Shown: one piece after another, positions 1 through 8,197 of the stretch
Layout: each line of letters starts with the position of its first letter
Position numbering within the stretch: position 1 is the stretch's first letter
DNA from: Pyrobaculum sp.
Lineage (GTDB): Archaea > Thermoproteota > Thermoprotei > Thermoproteales > Thermoproteaceae
Direction: 5' to 3'
Assembly (NCBI GenBank): GCA_046293555.1
Contig: JBKBOT010000003.1
Location: 1-64,000, forward strand
DNA: 64,000 bases
Made by a program: the position numbers and the translations under genes
Notes under the pieces: generated by a model
The model's input: the letters and a program-made list of their open reading frames with translations, nothing else
Told to the model about the DNA's origin: nothing
Databases searched by the model: none

Positions 1-97
1 TCACAAACTCCCTAAGCCTAAACTTAACCTCCTCAAGATCCACCACCTCATCAAAAGTAGAAGGCCTATACTTCTCGAACCAGAATAGCTCTGCCAT
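1..97 (-). CDS. rfcS: Replication factor C small subunit, N-terminus only (runs off window)
   Basis: Manual translation from ATG at 97: [25 protein letters not shown]; WxEKYRP is the RFC box II signature; not in the ORF track. Confidence 0.85.
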   Translation of the reverse strand, partial: MAELFWFEKYRPSTFDEVVDLEEVKFRLREFV

Positions 98-115
98 AGA
101 AGTTTTCGCCAGACT

Positions 116-787
116 TTAACGTGAGGCTGCGGCAATGCGCTCTAGCTCTTCACGTCTCCTCACGGCGTAGCTCTTGGGGTCGTTAGCTGCGGCGGCTATG
201 ATCTCGTCTGCAAGACACTCCTCAATGGGCTTAGGGTTGTTAAAAGAACAGGATCTGGCCCCCTCTGTGATCCAACGGAGTGCCAGATCTAGACGTCTTT
301 GTGGAGACACGTCTACAGAGACTGTATAGGCGATGCCGCCCATTATAATTCTGGTGACCTCTTCACGCGGCGCCGTGTTTATCAATGCGTCTATAAACAC
401 CTGTATGGGATTTTTTCCTATCTTGTAATGAACTATCTCGAAAGACCTTTTTACAATATTATAGGCTTTGTGTTTCTTTCCCGCATTTCTACCAGGTCGC
501 ATCATTAAGTTTATCAAACGCTCTATTACAGGTATTCGCGTCTTTCCAAATTTGTATTTCTGCAGACGCCCCCCGCTGTGGGGAAGAATCACAGCTTTCA
601 GACATATATATCTCCTCAAGCCGGGGTCTCTTACTACTACCTCGTCAAAACTCCACCTGCCGAATAACAACACCGGCTCTCCGTCGATAGTCCTTATGTC
701 TCTTGGACATTCCTCAACTATTGGGACGTCTCCTACATACTCCACACGGCTTGTCTTCGGAATCTGCTCGCCAAAGATAGTAGCCAT
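116..787 (-). CDS. rps7: 30S ribosomal protein uS7
   Basis: Motifs [35 protein letters not shown] and [11 protein letters not shown]. Confidence 0.97.
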   Translation of the reverse strand: MATIFGEQIPKTSRVEYVGDVPIVEECPRDIRTIDGEPVLLFGRWSFDEVVVRDPGLRRYICLKAVILPHSGGRLQKYKFGKTRIPVIERLINLMMRPGRNAGKKHKAYNIVKRSFEIVHYKIGKNPIQVFIDALINTAPREEVTRIIMGGIAYTVSVDVSPQRRLDLALRWITEGARSCSFNNPKPIEECLADEIIAAAANDPKSYAVRRREELERIAAASR

Positions 788-816
788 GGGCCATATAAAG
801 AACGTTTTTAAAAACT

Positions 817-1026
817 TTAAAACTTGCCTGCGAGAAGTAGGTCCACAATTTGCCTAACCTCTCTGTAGCTCCCCTCGAGGCTTTTCACAAGCTCTTTATA
901 AACTTCGTGGTATTGTAAATACTCTGTCTCTGCAATTTTTACAGCTAGACTTAAGAGAGAGGAGGGGTTACACTCCACGTGGTATTTTAAACCACGCCAA
1001 GAGACTGTACAGCCCACAAGCCCCAC
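817..1026 (-). CDS. Small hypothetical protein (69 aa)
   Basis: Fills the gap upstream of rps7; protein-like composition; AT-rich promoter upstream. Confidence 0.6.
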   Translation of the reverse strand: MGLVGCTVSWRGLKYHVECNPSSLLSLAVKIAETEYLQYHEVYKELVKSLEGSYREVRQIVDLLLAGKF

Positions 1027-1044
1027 CCCTCTGTAGGTTATATC

Positions 1045-1062
1045 TTATCTACATATAGATAA
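1045..1062. promoter_or_regulatory. Palindromic putative transcription-factor site TTATCTA-N4-TAGATAA
   Basis: Perfect 7-bp inverted repeat about 20-35 bp upstream of the GTG at 1026. Confidence 0.4.
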
Positions 1063-1101
1063 TACATGGGAGAGCTCGCCAAAACTTTTATACCCACCCC
1101 T

Positions 1102-1482
1102 TTAGTGGTACTGCCGATGAGTTAGGTCAGAGGTGCTGACTGCTGAAGAGCGGCTAAGATATGAGGCAATTAACCTATAGGCCGCACTTGCCGCATATGA
1201 GAACTGCGCCACCTCTCTGAGAATCTGAAAGGACTTTTTTACAACTAGCGGCGTGGGCTCTCTGTCGGGCTCCCCCTCGTGCCATAACGAACATCGATCT
1301 GCCCAACATAGCTCTAGAAAATAGAGATTTCCCTCCTCTAGGTCATACTCGGCCTCAAGTTCAAAAAGGCCGTGTTTCACGTAGATATACTCCCCCACCT
1401 CTCTGCCGCCACGCCTGATCACAGTCTTCTTTATGGAGAACCCCCCGCGGCGTATGTAGACAGCGAGGGCCTCTTCGTACAC
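1102..1482 (-). CDS. Hypothetical protein
   Basis: ORF 1102..1521; GTG at 1482 preferred because a TTAATAAA box lies about 20-25 bp upstream. Confidence 0.7.
   Translation of the reverse strand: MYEEALAVYIRRGGFSIKKTVIRRGGREVGEYIYVKHGLFELEAEYDLEEGNLYFLELCWADRCSLWHEGEPDREPTPLVVKKSFQILREVAQFSYAASAAYRLIASYLSRSSAVSTSDLTHRQYH
1112..1167 (+). ncRNA. Candidate box C/D sRNA (weak), antisense to the 3' end of the ORF
   Basis: C CCGATGA 1114-1120, D' CTGA 1136-1139, C' CTGAAGA 1143-1149, D ATGA 1161-1164; TTTTATA at 1086-1092 is at promoter distance. Confidence 0.35.
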
Positions 1483-1540
1483 GTCTACATGTCTACCTTT
1501 ATTAATTTTGGTAACGTACAAAATATGGGAGGATTTGTGT

Positions 1541-1593
1541 AATATGGAGAAGACGGGATATGCTGAAAGATGAGGAAAAGAGGGGGCTGACTA
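1541..1593 (+). ncRNA. Candidate box C/D sRNA
   Basis: Degenerate C ATGGAGA 1544-1550, 12-nt guide, D' CTGA 1563-1566, C' ATGAGGA 1570-1576, 10-nt guide, D CTGA 1587-1590; occupies an otherwise empty intergenic gap. Confidence 0.55.
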
Positions 1594-2364
1594 AAATGTG
1601 GGCAGATATGTCACTGGGACTAGAGGCTCTTTTATCTGACCTTTTATCACCACGCCGGTTTTAGGCATAATTTCTAGTTCATACACGCCTGGCTGTACTG
1701 GACTCCAGCGCATCTTACGTATAAATAACACCCGTCTAAAAGTCCCGTCGCGGGCCTTGGCGATCCCCATCACAAAGACCCCGGTGGCTAGAAACTCCTC
1801 GACGCCATATCTACTTATGGCGCCAGAGCCAGAAGGTATTTCGGTAGTGATCATGTTAGTTGTGCCGATCTCACGCTCTATGGTCATAACTAGAACCCTG
1901 ATGTATTCCCTAAGGACCTGGACGTCTTTGTCGAGAGAGACTAACGGCGCTATTGGGTCAATCACAAGCCTTTGCGCATTAAACGCCGCCACGTAGTCTC
2001 GTATTGACGCCACAAGGGATTTAGCTATGGCAGTTGGGTCTTTAGTCCTTATACGCTCTACTATGTCCATCTCGGGTATCAACACCTCGATCAGCCCCTT
2101 TTCTCTAAACCCCTCTATATCCCACCCAAATCTCCGCGCGCCTTCTACAAACTGTTCATATGTCTCATCTACAGAGACATATATGCCCGGCTCGCCGTAT
2201 TTCAGGGCGCCCTGAATTAAGAAGGTCAAGGCGGTTAAGGTCTTGGCGGTGCCAGTCTCGCCAGATATGAGATATGTCCTCCCCCGGATAAAACCTCCAC
2301 CCAGAATTGGGTCAAGACCCTCAATCCCCGTCGGGGCGGTTTCGTAGTACAAGTGGTAACCCAC
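1591..2364 (-). CDS. KaiC/RAD55-like RecA-superfamily ATPase (single domain)
   Basis: TGIEGLD..LGGG, Walker A GETGTAKT, YVSVDE, RLVIDP, EEFLATGV, IRKMR. Confidence 0.92.
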   Translation of the reverse strand: MGYHLYYETAPTGIEGLDPILGGGFIRGRTYLISGETGTAKTLTALTFLIQGALKYGEPGIYVSVDETYEQFVEGARRFGWDIEGFREKGLIEVLIPEMDIVERIRTKDPTAIAKSLVASIRDYVAAFNAQRLVIDPIAPLVSLDKDVQVLREYIRVLVMTIEREIGTTNMITTEIPSGSGAISRYGVEEFLATGVFVMGIAKARDGTFRRVLFIRKMRWSPVQPGVYELEIMPKTGVVIKGQIKEPLVPVTYLPTF

Positions 2365-2417
2365 AGTAATATTGGCCCTCTATAAATACTTATTTAACAC
2401 AGCCTCCAGCTATCTAA

Positions 2418-2795
2418 GTGCAGAGGCTTGAGGAAGTGAGGTCTTTAAACAAGTTACGCATCTATATGTTGGTAGAGTCCACAAGCCCGGAGGTTAGCAA
2501 AGAGATAGGAAATTTCTTCACAGAGGCGTTAACGCGGCCCATAGAGGTGAGGACAGGGGGTATGAATATAGCTATAATGTTTCTATGGAGTCTAGTCAAC
2601 CGGGTGACCAAACAGCTGGAGGCCTTGGGCGAGGAGGTGTTAGATATAGAATTCGGCCAGGGGAGGACCAGCATAGTCACAAAGGGGGGATATGTGGTAA
2701 ATATCGTCATAAAGATGAGACATAACCAATATGTGTCTGAAGTAGAAGGCGTCGTGGAGGTGGAGGAGTCCCCATTTAGAGTTGAGGACTTTTAG
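2418..2795 (+). CDS. Hypothetical protein, divergent from the KaiC-like gene
   Basis: 125-aa ORF with TTTAA box about 25 bp upstream; converges on moaD-E with a 20-bp overlap. Confidence 0.75.
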   Translation: MQRLEEVRSLNKLRIYMLVESTSPEVSKEIGNFFTEALTRPIEVRTGGMNIAIMFLWSLVNRVTKQLEALGEEVLDIEFGQGRTSIVTKGGYVVNIVIKMRHNQYVSEVEGVVEVEESPFRVEDF

Positions 2796-3459
2796 CCACA
2801 CGCCGCCCGTCGCCCACCACCCAGTAATCCCCGTCGCTACGTCGTTCTAACTTAAAGATGGGCACCTCGTGTTTTACCCTCTCTAAGGCCTCCCGCGCGA
2901 TCCTAAAGGCAATTTCGCGGCTGGCGGCAGACACGAGGACATACAGCGTCGTGTCTCCAGGCTTTAGAGAGCCGACGGCGTGGTATATTCGGGCCTCCAA
3001 CACGCCCTCCTGCGACTTTGCCCACTCCTCAATTTCTCTAATCTTCATGGAGGCATAGGGCTCATACGCCTCATAATCCAGCGAGTTGACTGCAGCGCTC
3101 CCCACAACCCCCTTGACGTATCCAACAAAGATCACCAACCCGCCGCCGCCAAGTGGGGCAGTCTTTTCGATAATCTCCCTCACCTCTCTGTTAAGATCTA
3201 TGGGGTTTTGCACAACGCCGCCGCTTACTGGAGGCATTATGGCCACCTCGTCGCCTTCTTTTAAGACATATGTGCTGTCTACAGTCCTCCCATTTACTAA
3301 TACCAACATCTCTTCTCTAAAGGCCTCTGCCCTTGGGTAAGTTTTAAAAAACCAGTTGAGTAAGTCATGTAGCGTGGTGCCCTCTTGTATCTCCAGCTCC
3401 TCACGTATCTTACCGGTAACATCTCTTAACGCCGAGAAATATTTAACCACGACATACAT
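2776..3459 (-). CDS. MoaD-MoaE fusion (molybdopterin synthase)
   Basis: N-terminal beta-grasp ending LKEGDEVAIMPPVSGG; C-terminal MoaE motifs LDYEAYEPYA and VKHEVPIFKLE. Confidence 0.93.
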   Translation of the reverse strand: MYVVVKYFSALRDVTGKIREELEIQEGTTLHDLLNWFFKTYPRAEAFREEMLVLVNGRTVDSTYVLKEGDEVAIMPPVSGGVVQNPIDLNREVREIIEKTAPLGGGGLVIFVGYVKGVVGSAAVNSLDYEAYEPYASMKIREIEEWAKSQEGVLEARIYHAVGSLKPGDTTLYVLVSAASREIAFRIAREALERVKHEVPIFKLERRSDGDYWVVGDGRRVAKSPQL

Positions 3460-3543
3460 GCCACACCCCCCGCCTCTTTTAATAAATAACTGTTCTTGAC
3501 TTGTCGAAATCTATATATATTTATCCAGCTGGCTGGCGTCTAT

Positions 3544-4812
3544 ATGAAATTCGACGTCGCAGTGGTGGGCGCGGGCCCCGCCGGCCTCGCCGCTGCCTAC
3601 AAGCTGGCCTCTGCCGGTTTTAAAGTTGTGGTATTAGAAAGAGGGAGGGAGCCTGGAGCTAAGGAGCTCTATGGGGGCCGTATTTACACATATTGGCTAG
3701 ATAGGTACCTCCCAGAATTTCGTAAAGACGCGCCGGTAGATAGATGGATCAAGAAAGAGCTTGTTACTTTTCTTACAGAAGACAAGGCGGCGACTCTGGA
3801 GGCCTCTACAGAAAGGGGGGCGAGCTTTGTGACGCCGCTAGTGGCATTCACGTCTTGGCTGGCTAAACTTGCGCGTAATGCAGGCGCCAAGATTGTCACA
3901 GAGATAACCATAGACCAGTTGGCTAGAGACGAGAGTGGGAGGTTTGTAGGCGTCAAGTCCGGCTCAGACGTCCTGCATGTAGAATACGTGATAGACGCAG
4001 AGGGCGTCAACCGCCTGCTTCTCGAGAGAGCTGGAATCGTGGAGAGGTTAAAACCTGAAGTTGTCGCAGTGGGCGTAAAAGAGGTGTTAAAATTTGAAAA
4101 CAAGAGGACTCTAGAGGAGAGATTTGGGCTGGGGGAAGACGAGGGGGTGGCGTGGGCAATAGCTGGCTATCCCACAGAGTATCTGCCGGGAGGCGGCTTT
4201 ATGTATACCTACAAGGACTCCATATCGTTGGGGGTGGTGGTGTATCTCAAAAACTGGGAAAAATTGAGAACTCCGGTATACGACCTAGTTGAAAAACTCC
4301 GGCTTCATCCACACATTGCGCCATATGTAAAAGGCGCCGTCTTACAGGAATATGGGGGGCACATGACTCCAGTAGCCGGCATAAATATGGCCCCGCCCAG
4401 GTTTTATTACGACGGGCTGTTAGTCGTGGGCGACGCAGCTGGCTTCTTGCTACACACCGGGCTATTAATCAGAGGGGTAGATTTTGCAGTTGCCTCCGGG
4501 GTGTTGGCCGCAGAGGCAATTAAAGAGGCTGGAAGCCCCAGGGCGGAGGACCTCGCCGTCTATGAAAAAAAGCTTAGATCTAGCTTTATTTTACCTCAAC
4601 TAGAGAAGTTCAGAAATGTGGACAAGCTGTTAGGTAGCGAGGCGTTTTTTAGAGATCTGCCGATTTTTGTCACAGAGGCTGCATATAGATATTTCACAAT
4701 TGACGATAGCCATAGAACTCTTTTTGAGGCTTTCCGCGAGACGTCGAAGAAGACCAATATAGGGCTATATAAGTTAATGTTAAATATGATAAAAGCGTTG
4801 CGTACCCTATGA
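3544..4812 (+). CDS. fixC: ETF:quinone oxidoreductase FixC/EtfC
   Basis: VVGAGPAG FAD site, GAKELYGGR, VVGDAAG; operon with fixX, fixA and fixB; start moved to ATG 3544. Confidence 0.92.
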   Translation: MKFDVAVVGAGPAGLAAAYKLASAGFKVVVLERGREPGAKELYGGRIYTYWLDRYLPEFRKDAPVDRWIKKELVTFLTEDKAATLEASTERGASFVTPLVAFTSWLAKLARNAGAKIVTEITIDQLARDESGRFVGVKSGSDVLHVEYVIDAEGVNRLLLERAGIVERLKPEVVAVGVKEVLKFENKRTLEERFGLGEDEGVAWAIAGYPTEYLPGGGFMYTYKDSISLGVVVYLKNWEKLRTPVYDLVEKLRLHPHIAPYVKGAVLQEYGGHMTPVAGINMAPPRFYYDGLLVVGDAAGFLLHTGLLIRGVDFAVASGVLAAEAIKEAGSPRAEDLAVYEKKLRSSFILPQLEKFRNVDKLLGSEAFFRDLPIFVTEAAYRYFTIDDSHRTLFEAFRETSKKTNIGLYKLMLNMIKALRTL

Positions 4813-5096
4813 TGAAGTTCTTCACCATAGAGGAGAGGCTTAACGCCAACGCGTGGGATATAGATGTACATAGGCCACATATAAAGATCAGGGATCCGGA
4901 GAGATGTAGAAGATGCGAAAAAAAGCCATGTACCTATATGTGTCCCGCCAAGTGTTATGTACAACAAGGCGACTACATAGTTCTGAGCACAGAGGCGTGT
5001 GTGGAATGTGGCACATGTAGAGTGGTGTGTCCACACGACGCAATAGAGTGGAACTACCCCAAGTCCGGCATGGGGATTTGGTATAGATTCACATGA
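4809..5096 (+). CDS. fixX: Ferredoxin-like FixX/EtfX
   Basis: CxxCxxxPCxxxCPA and CVECGTC..CP motifs; GMGIWYR C-terminus. Confidence 0.93.
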   Translation: MMKFFTIEERLNANAWDIDVHRPHIKIRDPERCRRCEKKPCTYMCPAKCYVQQGDYIVLSTEACVECGTCRVVCPHDAIEWNYPKSGMGIWYRFT

Positions 5097-5887
5097 AGAC
5101 CGTAGTGTTAACAAAGGCGGCGGTGCCGCTGTCTTCTGCCATCAGGATAGACCCCAAGACTGGGACGTTGGTAAGAGAGGGGGTGCCACTTACAGCCAAC
5201 GTGTGGGATAGAGACGCGGTGGAGTTCGCCCTAAGGCTTAGGGATAAATACGGCGGGGAGGTCATAGCTCTCTCCATGGCGCCCCCCAGCGGTATGTCTG
5301 CCTTAGAGAGCTTTATCGGCATGGGTGTAGACAAGGCGATTTTGGCCACCGACAGGGCCTTTGCGGGGGCGGACACGTGGGCCACCGCACACGTCTTGGC
5401 CAAGACCATAGAGAAATATATGCCAGATTACGACCTCGTGGTGACCGGAGAGGAGACTATAGATAGCACCACCGCCCATATCGCGGCTCAGACAGCCAGC
5501 TGGCTTGGGGTACCCTACCTATATTACGTATATGACGCCGAGATAAGGGGCAGGACGCTTGTGGCGCGGCGTTTTCTCGAAGACGAGGGGGTAGACGAGG
5601 TTTATGAGCTGGAGATACCCGCAGTGATTTCCGTCTTAAAGGGGTCTCAGGTGCCTAGAGAGGTTAGGCTAAGCCGTAAGTTAAATGCAGGAGATCACAT
5701 CTATCTAGTTAATAACAACGACCTGGGGCTGGATCCAGAGTGTGTGGGACTTAGGGGGAGCCCTACAGTAGTTGCAAGCATGTCGCCAGCCGTGTATCCG
5801 CCAAGAGAGAGAGTAGTGATAAGGGGGAGGCCTGAAGAGGTGGTTAAAAAAGTCGTAGAGGTGTTGAGACAGAAGGGAGTTGTGTAA
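5093..5887 (+). CDS. fixA: Electron transfer flavoprotein beta subunit (FixA/EtfB)
   Basis: IDPKTGTLVREG, DRAFAGADTWATA, GLRGSPT. Confidence 0.93.
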   Translation: MKTVVLTKAAVPLSSAIRIDPKTGTLVREGVPLTANVWDRDAVEFALRLRDKYGGEVIALSMAPPSGMSALESFIGMGVDKAILATDRAFAGADTWATAHVLAKTIEKYMPDYDLVVTGEETIDSTTAHIAAQTASWLGVPYLYYVYDAEIRGRTLVARRFLEDEGVDEVYELEIPAVISVLKGSQVPREVRLSRKLNAGDHIYLVNNNDLGLDPECVGLRGSPTVVASMSPAVYPPRERVVIRGRPEEVVKKVVEVLRQKGVV

Positions 5888-5888
5888 T

Positions 5889-6926
5889 ATGCCGTGTGGC
5901 CTGTGGCCTAGTATAAACAAGGAGGAGTACCGGGGCGTCTGGGTGTACTTAGAGAGAAGTGGCGACAAGCTAAAAGACGTGGGGCTAGAACTATTGGGAA
6001 AGGCAAGAGAGCTGGCTGAAAAACTGGGGGGCGTAGAGGTCGCCGGCCTAATTGTCGCCGGGGGCGAGAAGCTAGCCCGCGAGGCTATTTACCACGGAGC
6101 CGACAGGGTGGTGGTGATAGAAAACCCGGAGCTCAAGGTCTACACCCCCCTGGAGTATGGAGAAGCTATCGCCCAGGTTGTAAGGAAGTATAAGCCTGAG
6201 GTCTTTCTAATTGGCGCCACCAAGAGGGGGAGAGAGCTGGCGGCATATATTGCCAACAGCCTAACCGCCGGGATAACGGCCGATTGTACCGCCTTAGAGA
6301 TAGACCCAAAGACGCGTGACTTGCTTCAAATAAGGCCCACCTTTGGGGGCACACAGCTGGCTACAATCAGGACTCCACAGAGGCGCCCCCAGATGGCTAG
6401 CGTAAGGCCTGGGGTCTTCCCAAAGCCGCCAAGAGATACCAACAGAAGGGGCGAGGTTATTATAGAGAGGGTAGAAGTCAAGAGGAGAACTAGGCTGATC
6501 TCTATGGAGAAGAGGATAGAAAGAGATATTGCGGATTTACCCCCAGTGGAGTCTTCAGAGGTGGTGGTAGCTGGGGGGAGGGGGATTGGCTCCGCCGAGG
6601 GGTTTAAGCTGTTGGTAGAGCTGGCCAAACTGCTGGGGGGCACCGTGGGCGCATCTCTAATGGCTGTACGTGCCGGTTGGGCTCCACATAGCAGGCAGGT
6701 AGGCCAGACCGGAAAGACCATAAGGCCGAGGCTTTATATCGCTGTGGGCATCAGCGGCGCGATACAACACATGATGGGCATCACGGAGGCCAAGACGGTA
6801 ATAGCTATAAACTCTGACCCACATGCGCCAATAATGGAAAATGCGGATTATGCCGTAGTGGGCGACTATAGGGAGGTACTCCCGTTGTTAATTGAAGAAC
6901 TAAAGAAGGTGAAAGGTCAGCTGTAA
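5889..6926 (+). CDS. fixB: Electron transfer flavoprotein alpha subunit (FixB/EtfA)
   Basis: GITADCT, RPTFGG, QVGQTGKTIRP, GISGAIQH. Confidence 0.95.
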   Translation: MPCGLWPSINKEEYRGVWVYLERSGDKLKDVGLELLGKARELAEKLGGVEVAGLIVAGGEKLAREAIYHGADRVVVIENPELKVYTPLEYGEAIAQVVRKYKPEVFLIGATKRGRELAAYIANSLTAGITADCTALEIDPKTRDLLQIRPTFGGTQLATIRTPQRRPQMASVRPGVFPKPPRDTNRRGEVIIERVEVKRRTRLISMEKRIERDIADLPPVESSEVVVAGGRGIGSAEGFKLLVELAKLLGGTVGASLMAVRAGWAPHSRQVGQTGKTIRPRLYIAVGISGAIQHMMGITEAKTVIAINSDPHAPIMENADYAVVGDYREVLPLLIEELKKVKGQL

Positions 6927-6968
6927 TACCTGTCTTCATACCTCTGCGATCGGGGTTTTCCTCACCTT
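6914..6968 (-). ncRNA. Box C/D guide sRNA (sRNA-A)
   Basis: Minus strand GTGAGGA-AAACCCCGATCG-CAGA-GGT-ATGAAGA-CAGGTATTACAG-CTGA: C, D', C', D with two 12-nt guides; TATA-like 6986-6995 at promoter distance. Confidence 0.8.
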
Positions 6969-7014
6969 GGGTAATATACTACCACTTATATATATCTGTA
7001 CTCCAAGACTGGCT

Positions 7015-7785
7015 ATGAGTGTCCGGGCTTTATTTCCCAAAGGGAAGGAGCCTAGATATGTCCTCGAGGTGTTGATAAGAACTCTGCCAGAGGCCTCTCT
7101 ACATTTTACGCAAGACGGCATCTCCCTAAAGGCCCTCGACCCCACGAAGACGGCCATGTTTGAGCTGACTTTTCACTCAACTGGCCTAGAGGACTATATG
7201 GTGGAAGAAGAGGCAAAAATAGGCCTTATCTTTACTACAATCAAAGAGGTTGTCAAACGGGTTGGCACTACAGAGAAGCTAGAGCTGGAGGTAGACAAGG
7301 AGAGAAACAGGTTTTCATTATATATATACCCAAAGGGGGGGAAGGCTGCGGGGTTTGTAAGACGGTTCTCCTTCCCGGTGGTGTCTGTAGTAGAAGAGGA
7401 GATACCGGAACTATCAATATCTTTCGAGGCCTCTTTTGAGATAGATACAGCGGCTCTGGCAGACGTACTTGCCGCAGTTAAAGAGGTGTCTGACTGGGTT
7501 CAGATCTCAGTGTCGCCAGACGTCGTGATGTTTAAAGGCGCCGGCGAGGGGGGTAAAGTCGCCGAGGCCGAGTTCGGTCTTGACAGCGAGGCTGTTTTTA
7601 ACATTTCTACAGAAAAGATGGCTACAGCCAAATATAGTGTGGAAATACTAAAAGACGTTAACGACAAGTTAAAAAGCATTTCGAAAAGAGTGAGGGTTGA
7701 GCTATCTTCACAGAAGCCAATTAAGCTGACGTATGAATTCTCTACAGGCATGTTTGCTGTAGTCATAGCCCCAAGGGTGGACTAG
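7015..7785 (+). CDS. pcn: DNA sliding clamp PCNA
   Basis: About 256 aa; LKALDPTKTAMF, AKYSVEIL, KPIKLTY, C-terminal IAPRVD. Confidence 0.9.
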   Translation: MSVRALFPKGKEPRYVLEVLIRTLPEASLHFTQDGISLKALDPTKTAMFELTFHSTGLEDYMVEEEAKIGLIFTTIKEVVKRVGTTEKLELEVDKERNRFSLYIYPKGGKAAGFVRRFSFPVVSVVEEEIPELSISFEASFEIDTAALADVLAAVKEVSDWVQISVSPDVVMFKGAGEGGKVAEAEFGLDSEAVFNISTEKMATAKYSVEILKDVNDKLKSISKRVRVELSSQKPIKLTYEFSTGMFAVVIAPRVD

Positions 7786-7786
7786 A

Positions 7787-7841
7787 GGGTCAGCTCAGGT
7801 ATCACTCGTCACACCTCTGTAATACCAGCCGACATCACTAC
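7787..7841 (-). ncRNA. Box C/D guide sRNA (sRNA-B), probable 16S rRNA guide
   Basis: Minus strand GTGATGT-CGGCTGGTATTA-CAGA-GGT-GTGACGA-GTGATACCTGAG-CTGA; the D' guide is antisense to TAATACCAGCC, matching the conserved GCGGTAATACCAGC of crenarchaeal 16S rRNA. Confidence 0.85.
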
Positions 7842-7843
7842 AA

Positions 7844-8197
7844 TTAGTTAGGTATAAATATTAATACATAGAACATAACGACTGAGGTTATTGCCATCAC
7901 GACGTTTATCAACAGGTCTAACACCTTCCTCCCCCTTTCGGATTTTATCAACTCCCCAAGCACGCGCCTCATGCCATGCGAGCCGTGGACTACCCAATCT
8001 ACAGCCACTATAGCCCACAGGAGCCCCCACCCAATTTTCACAAAGGCGTATGGTATGATCACAAGGGGGTGCGTATTCAACATGTCCTCCAGTGGGATCT
8101 TACCTAAGGCCACAGCGGCAAAGATGACGGCAGGCATGCCGACAACCATGATGAAGGCCCCTATTATTAAAACCAGGCGTTCCACACTGCCCCTCAT
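7844..8197 (-). CDS. sdhD: Succinate dehydrogenase membrane anchor subunit D
   Basis: Three hydrophobic segments, VHGSHGMRRVL; ATGA overlap with sdhC. Confidence 0.8.
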   Translation of the reverse strand: MRGSVERLVLIIGAFIMVVGMPAVIFAAVALGKIPLEDMLNTHPLVIIPYAFVKIGWGLLWAIVAVDWVVHGSHGMRRVLGELIKSERGRKVLDLLINVVMAITSVVMFYVLIFIPN

